From Eubacteriales bacterium (GTDB taxonomy: Bacteria; Bacillota; Clostridia; Oscillospirales; CAG-272): a stretch of 64,000 nt of DNA. The notes beneath the pieces were generated by a model. That model made no database searches. It was not told the DNA's origin and saw nothing but the letters and a program-made list of their open reading frames with translations. Every line of letters starts with the position of its first letter. Position 1 is the first letter of the stretch. The position numbers and the translations under genes were made by a program. Location of the stretch: positions 12,604 to 76,603 of the forward strand of contig JAXEKG010000002.1 of assembly GCA_034101145.1 (NCBI GenBank). Direction: 5' to 3'. Below are positions 27,507-38,138 of the stretch, piece by piece.

Positions 27507-28451
27507 ATGAGTGAGATAAGCTTTTCCCATAAATCTGTTCTTCTTGACGAATGTATAGAAGCACTGAATATATCTCCCGGGCTCTCATACGTTGACTGCA
27601 CTACCGGAGGTGGAGGTCATTCCCTCGAAATAGCAAAAAGATTATCCGCAGGCGGCAGGCTTATATGCTTCGACCGGGATAACGACGCACTTACAGCAGC
27701 AAAAGAGAGACTCTCGGAATATTCAGATAAAATAATTTTCGTACACGATAACTATTCACGCATAGACGATGTTCTTTGCGACATAGGCGATAAGAATATC
27801 GGCGGAATACTCGCCGACCTCGGGTGCTCGTCCTATCAGTTCGATACTCCAGAACGAGGATTCTCCTATATGCACGATGCTCCTCTCGATATGAGGATGG
27901 ATAAAGATTCTCCACTCTCCGCATACGACGTTGTAAACACATACGGGGAAGATGAGCTGAAAAGAATAATATTTGAGTTCGGTGAAGAAAGATTTGCCAC
28001 GAAAATAGCAAGAAACATCGTAAACGAGCGTAGCATATCCCCTATAAAAACGACTCGTGAATTATCGGATATAATTAAAGCATCAATACCTCAGAAAAGC
28101 CGTGAGAGCGGACCGCACCCCGCAAAAAGAACGTTCCAGGCAATAAGGATAGAGGTAAACTCCGAGTTGTCTGCAATAAAACCTCTCATTGACGGAGGCA
28201 TAAAGCATCTTGTGAGTGGTGGCCGTATGGCTATAATATCCTTCCATTCCCTTGAGGACCGTATAGTTAAAAACGCTTTCAGGGATAAAGAAATCGGTTG
28301 CACGTGTCCCCCCTCATTTCCCGTATGCGTTTGCGGAAAAAAACCGCAAATCAAGGTGTTATCAAAAAAACCCGTCTTACCGAGTGAAAATGAGCTGAAC
28401 AATAACCCGCGTTCAAGAAGCGCAAAATTAAGAGTCGCGGAAAAACTCTGA
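27507..28451 (+). CDS. rsmH: 16S rRNA (cytosine1402-N4)-methyltransferase
   Basis: HKSVLLDE, DCTTGGGGHS, ISFHSLEDRIVK, NPRSRSAKLR. Confidence 0.95.
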   Translation: MSEISFSHKSVLLDECIEALNISPGLSYVDCTTGGGGHSLEIAKRLSAGGRLICFDRDNDALTAAKERLSEYSDKIIFVHDNYSRIDDVLCDIGDKNIGGILADLGCSSYQFDTPERGFSYMHDAPLDMRMDKDSPLSAYDVVNTYGEDELKRIIFEFGEERFATKIARNIVNERSISPIKTTRELSDIIKASIPQKSRESGPHPAKRTFQAIRIEVNSELSAIKPLIDGGIKHLVSGGRMAIISFHSLEDRIVKNAFRDKEIGCTCPPSFPVCVCGKKPQIKVLSKKPVLPSENELNNNPRSRSAKLRVAEKL

Positions 28452-28555
28452 CGGTCCAATACCGAATTATCGAAAATAGGTTAATAATATTAAAGAAACA
28501 AACATTCGCAATATCGAAATAAATGCGAAAATTCAAATAATAAGGAGACAAAAAA

Positions 28556-29017
28556 ATGACAGGTGTATATGAATACGTTAATCAGGATTTATCTGCGAAT
28601 CCTCTCTTTGCAAAACTGCGCAACCGTTTTATGTGCCAGAACAACTGCACTATCGGCGAAGTAATGCTTAAAAGAGCAGAAAATGACGGATATAAATGTT
28701 CGCCTGTCGTATCGTCAAGCGTACGTGCAAAGTCAAACTTCCGTATGACCAGCGAGTATTACATAACACGCGGCAGTTCTCTGCCCAATGATGCAACGCT
28801 CAAATCTTCCGAGAAGAAAACAAAGGGCCCCGGGATTTTTGCTATTGCAGCGCTGCTTCTGATATGTGCCGCTATGTTGGCTTATCTGGTACTTAACCGT
28901 ATAAACTACGTAAAAGCAGCCATAATCAGTGAAGAGCGTGAAAACACAGCTGCAGTTGACGTTTCGGATAAATATAACGGCGAATATACCGACGTTATCA
29001 CGGAAGAAAACCAATAA
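28556..29017 (+). CDS. Single-pass membrane protein in the FtsL position of the dcw cluster
   Basis: One TM helix (GIFAIAALLLICAAMLAYLVL) and its position between rsmH and the PBP gene. The sequence itself is not diagnostic. RBS AAGGAG. Confidence 0.5.
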   Translation: MTGVYEYVNQDLSANPLFAKLRNRFMCQNNCTIGEVMLKRAENDGYKCSPVVSSSVRAKSNFRMTSEYYITRGSSLPNDATLKSSEKKTKGPGIFAIAALLLICAAMLAYLVLNRINYVKAAIISEERENTAAVDVSDKYNGEYTDVITEENQ

Positions 29018-29090
29018 GACAAATACAAAAGAATTATGCGATAATAAACTTACCGTACAATCGGAATAATAACATGAATACTTAAATAAA

Positions 29091-29122
29091 ATATAGCGAT
29101 GATAAAGCGCTATATTTTTTTA
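29091..29122 (+). terminator. Terminator-like hairpin inside the dcw cluster, between the ftsL-like and PBP genes
   Basis: ATATAGCG-atgataaag-CGCTATAT followed by seven T. Confidence 0.5.
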
Positions 29123-29168
29123 TTTTATACCTTTATTTTGAAAAAATTTATTCCGAAATGGTGAAAAC

Positions 29169-31532
29169 GTGGATAATTACGTTAATAATTTCAAGAAACG
29201 CCGAAAGGACGAATACAAAAAAGATGAATTGAATCGTTCCGGGAGAACGGAATACAAATGCACGCGTGAAACATCCAAAAGATGCTTTGCCGTATTGTCC
29301 CTCTTTCTGTGTGCGGCGGTAGTTCTCTCCCTCGTTCTCTTCAAAATGGAGTTCATTGACTATGATGCGTATCAAAAAAAAGTAATCGACCAGATAACGG
29401 TCGGAAGTTCACTTAACGCAAACAGAGGAATAATATACGACAGCCAAGGTAACGTACTTGCAACAAACAAGACGACGTGGCGCGTTTTCATATCTCCCGT
29501 TGACATAAAAACCGACAAAAAAAACACAAAAAACGACAAAAGCGAGCTGATAGCACGGGGACTTTCGTATATACTTAACCTGAGCTATGACTCCGTATTT
29601 GCAAAAACACAGAAAACGTCGACGCTCGACCAAACAATCAAAAAAGGTATTGACGAAGAGACCAAAAACAGGGTGTTGACTTTTATAAGCGAAAATTCTC
29701 TTGACTCAATGGTACATATTGAAGCATCAAGCGCCAGATATTACCCGTACGGTAGCTTTGCATCTCACGTAATAGGCTTTACAGGGTCGGATAACCAGGG
29801 ACTTTTCGGTCTGGAAGCTTCTTACGATAAGTATCTGACAGGGACCGGCGGAAGATACATATATACTAAGGACGCAAAGGGAAATCAGCTTCCGTTGGAA
29901 TATATAAGCTATGAAGCTGCGAAAAACGGCGCAGATATCCATACAACGATTGATATGTATATTCAACGCATTCTGGAGGAGCATATTGAAAAGGCTCTCG
30001 CCGAAACGGGAGCACAAAACCGCATAACAGGTATAGTGATGAACGTAAACGACGGCTCAATACTGGGAATGGCGACAGGTCCGTCGTACGACCTCAACTC
30101 TCCTTATGCACTCGATGACATATCATTGAAAAAGCTCGAAAACTCAGGCTTTGACCAAGGCAGCGAAGAATACAACACGCTCAAAGCTTCTCTTCTCTAT
30201 ACAATGTGGAATAACAAAGCAATAAGCGAAATATACGAGCCGGGCTCAACCTTCAAGGTAATAACGGCCTCCATTGCTATCGACAGCGGAGCCGTGAAGG
30301 AAAGCGATCGTTTCGACTGTATCGGCTACTATAAAATAGGCGGTTATCGAATATCCTGTCACAAGAAAACGGGGCACGGACACGGCATAACCTTCGGATA
30401 CGGCCTTCAGCAATCATGCAACCCTACTATGATGCAAGCAACGGCACGTGTAGGCGCAGAAAAATTCTATGACTACTATACAAAATTCGGTTATCTTGAA
30501 AAAACAGGAATAGACCTTCCTTCCGAGGCGAAAGGTATTTTCCATACGTACGAGGGGCTAGGCACAACCGAGCTTGCAACAGCCTCTTTCGGTCAAAGAT
30601 TTAAGGTATCTCCGATAACTCATCTGCGTGCTATTGCCGCTGCCGCAAACGGAGGATATCTCGTATTACCTCACCTTGTAGACAGTATAACGGACTGCGA
30701 CGGAAATGTGATATACCGTTTTGACAACTCGAACGGAAAACAGATTATTTCAACTGAGACCAGCGCAACCGTATCACGAATACTCGAGGAAGGAGTATCC
30801 GGGGACGGAGGCGCACGCAATGCAGGGGTTAAAGGGTATAAAATTGCGGCAAAGACGGGAACAAGTCAGAAGTTTGACGATTCCACGGGAAAGGATACGG
30901 GCAACCGAATAGGCTCATGCATTGCATTTGCACCTTCGGACAATACGGAAATTGCAATGATATTCATAGTCGATGAGCCCACCTGTTTCAGCAAATACGG
31001 AAGTATGGTCGCCGCACCGTACATAAGCTCTATGATGTCGAAAATACTGCCTTATCTCGGATACGAAAAGGACTACTCGCTCATATCAGACGACTGCCGC
31101 ACCGTAACCGTCGGAAACTATGTCGGAGACGACGTTACCTCTGCCGTGGAAAAAGTAAAATCACTCGGCATCACCTGTTACGTAAACGGAAAACAAGTTA
31201 CGGGACAGACAAAAATCAACGGCACGGTATCATATCAGACACCTGTCGCAACCTCGGAAATAGAAAACAAGAGCGGAGCCGTATATCTTTATACAAGCGA
31301 CTATTCGGTGAGCGAAACGGTTACCGTGCCGAACACGGTCGGAAAAACATTGTCCGAAGCAAATATCATACTGACAAATGCAGGTTTTAATATAAGAATA
31401 ACGGGTGCCGCATCGCTCTCAATAGACGGTAACGTAACCGTAGCATCACAATCGCTCATTGCAGGCAGCGAGGCAACTAAAGGCAGTGTAATAACCCTCA
31501 CTCTTCTCTATGATGACGGCGATGACGGATAA
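29169..31532 (+). CDS. Class B penicillin-binding protein (FtsI/SpoVD/PBP2B type) with two C-terminal PASTA domains
   Basis: N-terminal TM helix; transpeptidase motifs STFK (PGSTFKVIT), SCN and KTGT (AAKTGTSQ). There are two PASTA-like segments (TVGNYVGDDV..., VPNTVGKTLSEANIIL...). GTG start. Confidence 0.9.
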   Translation: MDNYVNNFKKRRKDEYKKDELNRSGRTEYKCTRETSKRCFAVLSLFLCAAVVLSLVLFKMEFIDYDAYQKKVIDQITVGSSLNANRGIIYDSQGNVLATNKTTWRVFISPVDIKTDKKNTKNDKSELIARGLSYILNLSYDSVFAKTQKTSTLDQTIKKGIDEETKNRVLTFISENSLDSMVHIEASSARYYPYGSFASHVIGFTGSDNQGLFGLEASYDKYLTGTGGRYIYTKDAKGNQLPLEYISYEAAKNGADIHTTIDMYIQRILEEHIEKALAETGAQNRITGIVMNVNDGSILGMATGPSYDLNSPYALDDISLKKLENSGFDQGSEEYNTLKASLLYTMWNNKAISEIYEPGSTFKVITASIAIDSGAVKESDRFDCIGYYKIGGYRISCHKKTGHGHGITFGYGLQQSCNPTMMQATARVGAEKFYDYYTKFGYLEKTGIDLPSEAKGIFHTYEGLGTTELATASFGQRFKVSPITHLRAIAAAANGGYLVLPHLVDSITDCDGNVIYRFDNSNGKQIISTETSATVSRILEEGVSGDGGARNAGVKGYKIAAKTGTSQKFDDSTGKDTGNRIGSCIAFAPSDNTEIAMIFIVDEPTCFSKYGSMVAAPYISSMMSKILPYLGYEKDYSLISDDCRTVTVGNYVGDDVTSAVEKVKSLGITCYVNGKQVTGQTKINGTVSYQTPVATSEIENKSGAVYLYTSDYSVSETVTVPNTVGKTLSEANIILTNAGFNIRITGAASLSIDGNVTVASQSLIAGSEATKGSVITLTLLYDDGDDG

Positions 31533-31601
31533 GAATAAAAACGCAAAAATAAATACGGTAGATTTTCAATATAATTCAAAACCAAGAATCGGGGTAAAAT
31601 C

Positions 31602-33125
31602 ATGAAGTTGTCAAAACTGATTTACGAAAATGAATATAAATCGGAATACGATGCATCGGGAATTGAAATAAACTCAATCGTGAGCGATACTTCAAAAATG
31701 CGGGAGGGAGCGGTATTCGTATGCTTAAAGGGAACAAAAACCGATTCGCATACCTTCTTGGAAGCTGTGTACAGGATGGGCGCCGCCGCAATAATAGTGG
31801 AACGAGGAATAAAAATAACGGCACCGTCGGGCGCAAGAATTTTCGAAGTTGAAAACACTCACAGAACGCTCTCGTACATGTGGAGCAGATATTACGGTAA
31901 TCCGCAGAGAGGAATGAAAATAATAGGAATAACGGGAACAAACGGCAAGACTACCGTCTCGTATATGATAACGGCTATTCTGAAAAATGCCGGCATAAAA
32001 ACAGGAATGATAGGGACCGTCAGCGTTGAGATTGATTCAAAGCCAATCTCTTCGGACGTCTACGGAAAAAGCGCAGAAAACGTAAAAACCATGACCACTC
32101 CCGACCCCGATGTACTCTATCATATTTTGCGAATTATGAAAAACAACGGTGTCAGATACGTCATTATGGAGGTATCTTCGCATGCGCTTTACTTTGACAA
32201 GACCGCCCCGATAACCTTTGATTTTGCCCTCTTCACAAATCTCTCATCGGAGCATATGGATTTTCACGGTAATATGGAAAACTATCTTTCGGCAAAGAAG
32301 AAACTGTTTTTGAATTGCAGGACCGCCGTTATAAACGCTGATGACACTTATTCAAACAGAATATGCGAGGAGTGCGAATCGAAAATAGTACGTTGCTCTG
32401 TAAAAGGAGACGGCGATGTGTGTGCAAAAGATATTCGCCTGCTCGGAAGCGGCGGGACTGAATACGTATATTATTCAAAAAGAATGTGCTTTGCCGTAAA
32501 GACCAGAATTCCCGGCGAATTTACCGTATACAATTCTCTCATTGCTCTGGCGCTAACGATGCAGATGGGAATATCTCCGATAATAGCACAGGACGCCATA
32601 CGAAGCATGGGAAGCGTCCCCGGGAGAATGGAGAAACTGCCGATAGACAAAGCACTTTACGGTTTTTCCGTATTCATTGATTTTGCGCACACAGAGGAGG
32701 CTCTCCGCAATCTTTTGACTACGGTACGTAATTTCAGGAGCGAAAACGAGAGGATAGTTCTCCTGTTCGGATGCGGAGGCGACCGTGACAAAACCAAACG
32801 CGCGCCGATAGGACGGTGTGCCTCTGAGCTGGCAGATTTTCTGATAATAACGAGCGACAACAGCAGAAGCGAAAACCCGGAGAATATAATAAACGACATT
32901 CTGTGCGGAATTACTGATGAAACGCCCAAAAAGGTAATAACAAACAGACATAAAGCCATAGAATACGCCATTCTTAACGCAAGGAAAGACGACATAATTC
33001 TTCTCGTCGGGAAAGGACATGAGAAATACGAGATAACAGAATGCGGACATCGTGATTTCGATGAGAAAAAGATAGTCGCGGAGGCACTCGAAAAACGCAA
33101 AAACGGTGAAAAATATGAGATTTGA
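31602..33125 (+). CDS. murE: UDP-N-acetylmuramoyl-L-alanyl-D-glutamate--2,6-diaminopimelate ligase
   Basis: IGITGTNGKTT P-loop; Mur ligase middle and C-terminal domains; ITSDNSRSENP. Confidence 0.93.
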   Translation: MKLSKLIYENEYKSEYDASGIEINSIVSDTSKMREGAVFVCLKGTKTDSHTFLEAVYRMGAAAIIVERGIKITAPSGARIFEVENTHRTLSYMWSRYYGNPQRGMKIIGITGTNGKTTVSYMITAILKNAGIKTGMIGTVSVEIDSKPISSDVYGKSAENVKTMTTPDPDVLYHILRIMKNNGVRYVIMEVSSHALYFDKTAPITFDFALFTNLSSEHMDFHGNMENYLSAKKKLFLNCRTAVINADDTYSNRICEECESKIVRCSVKGDGDVCAKDIRLLGSGGTEYVYYSKRMCFAVKTRIPGEFTVYNSLIALALTMQMGISPIIAQDAIRSMGSVPGRMEKLPIDKALYGFSVFIDFAHTEEALRNLLTTVRNFRSENERIVLLFGCGGDRDKTKRAPIGRCASELADFLIITSDNSRSENPENIINDILCGITDETPKKVITNRHKAIEYAILNARKDDIILLVGKGHEKYEITECGHRDFDEKKIVAEALEKRKNGEKYEI

Positions 33126-34461
33126 GTTACCGTATCCTATACTCATAACGGAGTTAGAGCAGTTATCAAGTCGTGAAAATATAAACTTATTCAAAAGCGG
33201 AAAATCATACGAAGCAGATACGGGGTTTTCCTTTATATCTCTCGATTCTCGAGAATGTCGTCGGGGGGATTTGTTTTTCTGCCTTTCAGGAAAAACAGAG
33301 CACAAAGAGGACGCCGAACGTCGCGGTGCATTTTGCATAGGCGGGTGTGATGAGCTTCTCTTGCTTGCAAACCACGTACGCAACACCGTAAATCCCATAA
33401 CGGTTGCAATAACGGGAAGTGCCGGAAAAACCACCACAAAAGATTATGTTTATTCCGTACTTTCCGAACGATACAGAGTACATAAATCACAGGGCAACCA
33501 TAATAATCAAATCGGTGTCCCTATAAGCATATTGTCGATGAAAAAAGACACAGAATATCTTATTCTGGAGCTCGGCACAAATCATCCGGGAGAAATGGAA
33601 ATACTATCAAAATGCTGCGAACCGAACATTGCACTGATAACAAATATCGGCACCTCGCATATAGGCAACTTCATTACCAAAGAAAACATAGCGAGAGAAA
33701 AACTATCTATAATCTCTCACGCAAAAAAAGATTATACGCTCATTATGAACGGTGACGACCGATATCTTTTCTCGGCAAAAAACCGTACATCCGGAAAATA
33801 TATATCGGTATATAACAACTCCTCGGAATACAAAATAAATATCATAGAAGAAAATACCGATTCAAGCGTTTTTGAATTAAACGGTTTGCGGTTTTTTACG
33901 GCTTATCCCGGTATTCATATCGTCTATGCCGCGGCAATGGCATATGCGGTAGGAGAAACGGCAGGCATGTCCTATAAAGAAATAAAACAAGGTATGTTAA
34001 AATACCGTCAACCGTCAATGCGACAGAATATATACGACCTTAGCGGTTATACGATAATGGAGGACTGCTATAACTCATCATACGAGTCGGTTTTGTGCGC
34101 TCTGAAAATACTCAGAACTCATAAACTGAAAAAAGCCAAACGCACGGTGGCGGTACTCGGAGATATTCTCGAGCTCGGTGAAAAATCGAGGGAAATTCAC
34201 AGCCTTATAGGAAAAGAATGTGCCCTCTCGAATATCGATTTGCTCATTGCGTTCGGCTCTTTCTCGAAAACTATTGCCGCCGGAGCGAAAAAGGCAGGCA
34301 TGGCAAAAGAATCGATAATACAGCTCGAAACGTGCGACCATAAAGAAGTGGCGGACGCGGTACTTTCGAACATAAAATACGGCGACTTTATACTCTTTAA
34401 GGCATCAAGAAAAATGAAATGTGAAAAAATCGTAGAGTTGATAAAAGAAACCCTGACATAG
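33115..34461 (+). CDS. murF: UDP-N-acetylmuramoyl-tripeptide--D-alanyl-D-alanine ligase
   Basis: VAITGSAGKTTTKD P-loop. Follows murE with a short overlap. ATG 33115 is preferred over the GTG at 33106 used by the ORF track. Confidence 0.9.
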   Translation: MRFELPYPILITELEQLSSRENINLFKSGKSYEADTGFSFISLDSRECRRGDLFFCLSGKTEHKEDAERRGAFCIGGCDELLLLANHVRNTVNPITVAITGSAGKTTTKDYVYSVLSERYRVHKSQGNHNNQIGVPISILSMKKDTEYLILELGTNHPGEMEILSKCCEPNIALITNIGTSHIGNFITKENIAREKLSIISHAKKDYTLIMNGDDRYLFSAKNRTSGKYISVYNNSSEYKINIIEENTDSSVFELNGLRFFTAYPGIHIVYAAAMAYAVGETAGMSYKEIKQGMLKYRQPSMRQNIYDLSGYTIMEDCYNSSYESVLCALKILRTHKLKKAKRTVAVLGDILELGEKSREIHSLIGKECALSNIDLLIAFGSFSKTIAAGAKKAGMAKESIIQLETCDHKEVADAVLSNIKYGDFILFKASRKMKCEKIVELIKETLT

Positions 34462-34555
34462 CAAGCATTTTGAGAGAATAAAGTTCCGAATACGAGCCGA
34501 TTGACGGTAAAAAGCGCGTAAATACGGAACACAAAATAAACAGGAAAAGAGTTGT

Positions 34556-35548
34556 ATGAAAATGAACACCAATCAGTATTTTGCGCTGGCGCTGATAATA
34601 TCATTCATTATAACCGTTTTTATAACGAAACGGCTCATCCCGTTCCTTAAAAAGTTAAAAATGGGACAAAAAATACTCGACATAGGACCTATGTGGCACA
34701 AGCCGAAGGAAGGGACGCCGACCATGGGAGGAATCTCTTTTCTTATCGCGACGGTATTTACGGAAACCGTCCTTATCATTCTGCTTGCCTTTACATCTGA
34801 TTTTGACGTATCGTCTCTTGTTATAACCTCTGTTTTTTGCGTGACAAACGCCCTTGTCGGTTTATTCGACGACATGACGAAAATACGAAAAAGGCAGAAC
34901 GAAGGTCTTACGCCCATACAGAAAATAATCCTGCAATCGGTAATAGCCGTCGGCTATCTTTCGATAATGCATATTCACGGAAATCTTTCAACTCAATTGT
35001 ATATTCCCTTTTTTGATGTTAACGTTAATCTCGGCATATTCTACTATGTTTTTGCGCTTATTCTGATACTCGGAGTCGTTAACTGTGCAAATCTTACGGA
35101 CGGCATAGACGGGCTCGCCGCTTCGGTAGCACTGATAATAAACTTCTTCTTTGCCGCTGCCGCAGTATGCTCTCAGAATTCCTCGTCGGTAATACTGAGC
35201 GCATGCATATGCGGAGGATGTATCGGATTTCTCGTATACAACATCCACCCTGCAAAAATATTCATGGGCGATACGGGTTCTCTGTTTCTTGGTGCCGCCG
35301 CGGTCGGTACCGCATTTATGATGAACAACCCTCTGATAGTCCTTCTTTGCGGAATTGTTTATGTAGTTGAAGGAGCATCGGTAATCATACAAGTCGCGGT
35401 TTATAAGGCGTTTCATCGCCGTGTTTTCCGCATGGCTCCCATACATCATCACTTCGAAAAATGCGGAATGAAGGAAAACGGGATAGTTATGCTCTTCTGT
35501 GCAATAACGTTCATTTTCTGCATTATTTCGATATTTGCTCTTGTGTAG
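34556..35548 (+). CDS. mraY: Phospho-N-acetylmuramoyl-pentapeptide transferase
   Basis: KxGTPTMGG, NLTDGIDGLA, MGDTGSLFLGA, APIHHHFE. Confidence 0.95.
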   Translation: MKMNTNQYFALALIISFIITVFITKRLIPFLKKLKMGQKILDIGPMWHKPKEGTPTMGGISFLIATVFTETVLIILLAFTSDFDVSSLVITSVFCVTNALVGLFDDMTKIRKRQNEGLTPIQKIILQSVIAVGYLSIMHIHGNLSTQLYIPFFDVNVNLGIFYYVFALILILGVVNCANLTDGIDGLAASVALIINFFFAAAAVCSQNSSSVILSACICGGCIGFLVYNIHPAKIFMGDTGSLFLGAAAVGTAFMMNNPLIVLLCGIVYVVEGASVIIQVAVYKAFHRRVFRMAPIHHHFEKCGMKENGIVMLFCAITFIFCIISIFALV

Positions 35549-35575
35549 CAAAACCACTGAACGGAGACGTTTTCT

Positions 35576-36769
35576 ATGGACCATAGCTTTCACTTCGGAA
35601 TACGCGAAAACAAAGAAAAAAGACAAGACCAAACAAATGACATTAAAAGCAAAAAACATAAAAGCAACGGCACCGACCGTATATTTCTCATAACGGTAAT
35701 ACTACTGACCGTAATCGGCACGGTGATGATAGCGAGTGCAGGCTCCGCATATGCAAAAGCGCAGTACTCAAACAAGTGGCACTTTGTATCAAAGCAGATA
35801 GTTTTCGCCGCTGTAGGATTTGTAATGCTTTTTGTAACCTCAAGGCTTAAAAGCGGTTTTTATTTCAGGTATGCGCCGCATCTGTATATAATCACTGTTA
35901 TTCTCCTGATTCTCGTCCTCATAATAGGCGTAAACCTCAACGGTGCAAAAAGATGGATAAATCTCGGTTTCGCTACCTTTCAGCCCTCCGAGCTCGCGAA
36001 GCTCTCCATAGTTATGATAATGTCTTGGTATTTTACAAAAAACAAAGATACGGTTTTCAAGAAAAAAGGTATGTCGCGCTTTATATCCGATACGGTGATT
36101 CCTTTCGGCTTTATCGGACTTTTATGCGGACTCGTCGCCCTTGAAAAGCATTTATCGGGTATAGTTATCATAGGAAGTATAGGAATACTGATGATGTTTA
36201 TTTCGGGCAGCAGAGTTAAAAATCTCTCGCTCGTCGGAGGCATAGGATTTTCGGGTATCGGAGCTTTCGCCCTTCTTACCGATTACACAAAGAAACGAAT
36301 AGATATATGGCGAAACCCCGAGCTTTATCCGCAGGACGGCGGTTGGCAGACAATTCAGGGAAAACTGGCGATAGGTTCGGGCGGTTTCTTCGGGCTGGGG
36401 CTCGGAAACAGCCGTCTCAAATACAGTTATGTGGCGGAGCCGGCAAACGATTTTATCTTTACGGTAATATGTGAGGAAACGGGTTTTGTCGGTGCAATGA
36501 TAATTCTTTTCATTTTTTCCGTCCTGATATACCGCGGATTCTGCATTGCCCTGAGATGCAAGAAAATGTTTGACATGCTCATCGTCCTGGGAATAACGTC
36601 AAAGGTGGCAATACAGGTAATACTCAATATAGCCGTCGTTACAAACGTATTTCCAAACACGGGAATAGCGCTTCCGTTTTTCAGTTACGGCGGAACTTCT
36701 CTTATAATATTACTTGCCGAAATGGGAATAATACTGTCAATATCCAGAGAATCGAAAATAAGAAAGTAG
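35576..36769 (+). CDS. ftsW: FtsW/RodA/SpoVE family peptidoglycan glycosyltransferase
   Basis: About ten TM helices; FQPSELAKL, DFIFTVICEETGF and LPFFSYGGTS motifs. Confidence 0.9.
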   Translation: MDHSFHFGIRENKEKRQDQTNDIKSKKHKSNGTDRIFLITVILLTVIGTVMIASAGSAYAKAQYSNKWHFVSKQIVFAAVGFVMLFVTSRLKSGFYFRYAPHLYIITVILLILVLIIGVNLNGAKRWINLGFATFQPSELAKLSIVMIMSWYFTKNKDTVFKKKGMSRFISDTVIPFGFIGLLCGLVALEKHLSGIVIIGSIGILMMFISGSRVKNLSLVGGIGFSGIGAFALLTDYTKKRIDIWRNPELYPQDGGWQTIQGKLAIGSGGFFGLGLGNSRLKYSYVAEPANDFIFTVICEETGFVGAMIILFIFSVLIYRGFCIALRCKKMFDMLIVLGITSKVAIQVILNIAVVTNVFPNTGIALPFFSYGGTSLIILLAEMGIILSISRESKIRK

Positions 36770-36770
36770 G

Positions 36771-37877
36771 ATGAGCATGCGTATAGTTTTTGTCGGCGGA
36801 GGAACCGCCGGTCACGTAAATCCCGCCCTCTCTATTGCATCCGTTATGAGAGATAATCTTTCCGACGTTCACATTGATTTTATCGGAACACCGAGGGGCA
36901 TTGAAAACGTTCTCGTAAAAAAAGCGGGATATAACGTCTATCATATAGAAGCATGCGGGCTCAAACGTTCTCTTTCTCCGAAAAATCTTTTGCTTCCCTT
37001 TAAAATTCTTAACTCAGTAAAGAAATCAAAAAAACTGCTGTCTGCAATAAGACCGGATATAGTTATAGGTACGGGCGGATACGTATGCTATCCCGTTTTG
37101 CGTGCGGCTCAGCAAATGAGAATAAAGACGGCGGTTCACGAATCAAACGCAATTCCCGGTCTTACTGTAAAGATGATTGCAAAAAAAGCGGACTGCATTA
37201 TGCTTAACTTCGATGAATGTACAAAATACTTTCGACGTAAAGATAATATAACCGTGACGGGAAATCCGATGCCGAATACGTTTATAAGGCAAAACCGAGA
37301 AAAATGTCGGCAAGATCTCGGGATAAGTAATGATAAAATCTTCGTTCTCTCTTTTGGCGGGAGTATCGGTGCAGAACATCTTAACGATGCGTGCCTTGAC
37401 GTTATAAGCAAAATGAAGGACAGAAACGACCTATGCTTTCTACATGCCACCGGAAACAGAAATTACCCTGAATGTAATAAAAAAGCTTCCGGGCTCGGAA
37501 TTGGAAAAAATGCAAGAATTCTACCTTATATCGACGATATGTGGCGTGTTATGGCGGCGGCTGACATTGTTATATCGAGGGCGGGCGCAATGACTCTCTC
37601 CGAGCTTGCAATATCGGGCAAGGCGTCAATACTCGTCCCTTCTCCCTACGTCACCGGAAACCATCAATATAAAAACGCCAAAGCCCTCAGCGATGCCGAT
37701 GCAGCGCTTATAGTTGAGGAAAAAGAACTCTGTTCGGGAAAGCTTCAAGAGGCTCTCTTAACACTGATATCATCGGAAAAGTTAAGGTGCAAAATGGCAA
37801 CCAACATAGAAAAATTTGCGAAAAAAAATGCAAACAGAGATATATTTTATACGATAATGCATGTAATTAACAGATGA
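36771..37877 (+). CDS. murG: UDP-N-acetylglucosamine--N-acetylmuramyl-(pentapeptide) pyrophosphoryl-undecaprenol GlcNAc transferase
   Basis: GGGTAGHVNPALSIA at the N-terminus and ISRAGAMTLSELA. Confidence 0.93.
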   Translation: MSMRIVFVGGGTAGHVNPALSIASVMRDNLSDVHIDFIGTPRGIENVLVKKAGYNVYHIEACGLKRSLSPKNLLLPFKILNSVKKSKKLLSAIRPDIVIGTGGYVCYPVLRAAQQMRIKTAVHESNAIPGLTVKMIAKKADCIMLNFDECTKYFRRKDNITVTGNPMPNTFIRQNREKCRQDLGISNDKIFVLSFGGSIGAEHLNDACLDVISKMKDRNDLCFLHATGNRNYPECNKKASGLGIGKNARILPYIDDMWRVMAAADIVISRAGAMTLSELAISGKASILVPSPYVTGNHQYKNAKALSDADAALIVEEKELCSGKLQEALLTLISSEKLRCKMATNIEKFAKKNANRDIFYTIMHVINR

Positions 37878-37991
37878 ACAAAGATACTCGTAGGTAAGCA
37901 TTTATTTCTTAACGTTTTTCAGTATTTTATCCGTTATCAATCGATTTTTGAACGAAAAAAGAAAAAAATAAATATTTTTTCCGAAAAAGAC

Positions 37992-38020
37992 TTGCAAATA
38001 TATTATTTTCAATGTATTAT
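37992..38020 (+). promoter_or_regulatory. Candidate sigma-A promoter for ftsZ
   Basis: TTGCAA (37992-37997), a 17-nt spacer, then TATTAT (38015-38020), inside the 260-nt murG-ftsZ gap. Confidence 0.5.
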
Positions 38021-38138
38021 TATATATGGAGAATTATATTTATATATAATTTCGGTCGCAAAAACCTCTCTGTCAAGACAAAGACCGACAATCCGATTTC
38101 AATGATACAAAAGAACTACAATCTTTACGGAGTAAAAT

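Noticed and set aside
32553-33437. 294-aa ORF antisense to murE/murF. Similar long antisense ORFs lie at 34988-35659 (mraY), 49145-49858 (ricT), 45378-46640 (metG), 21633-22145 (recD2), 22871-23389 (metK), 11143-11694 (SPFH) and 1149-1756 (rpsF/ssb).
   Set aside because: All lie fully inside well-supported genes on the opposite strand. They lack RBSs and have Cys/Arg/Phe-rich compositions typical of antisense frames.
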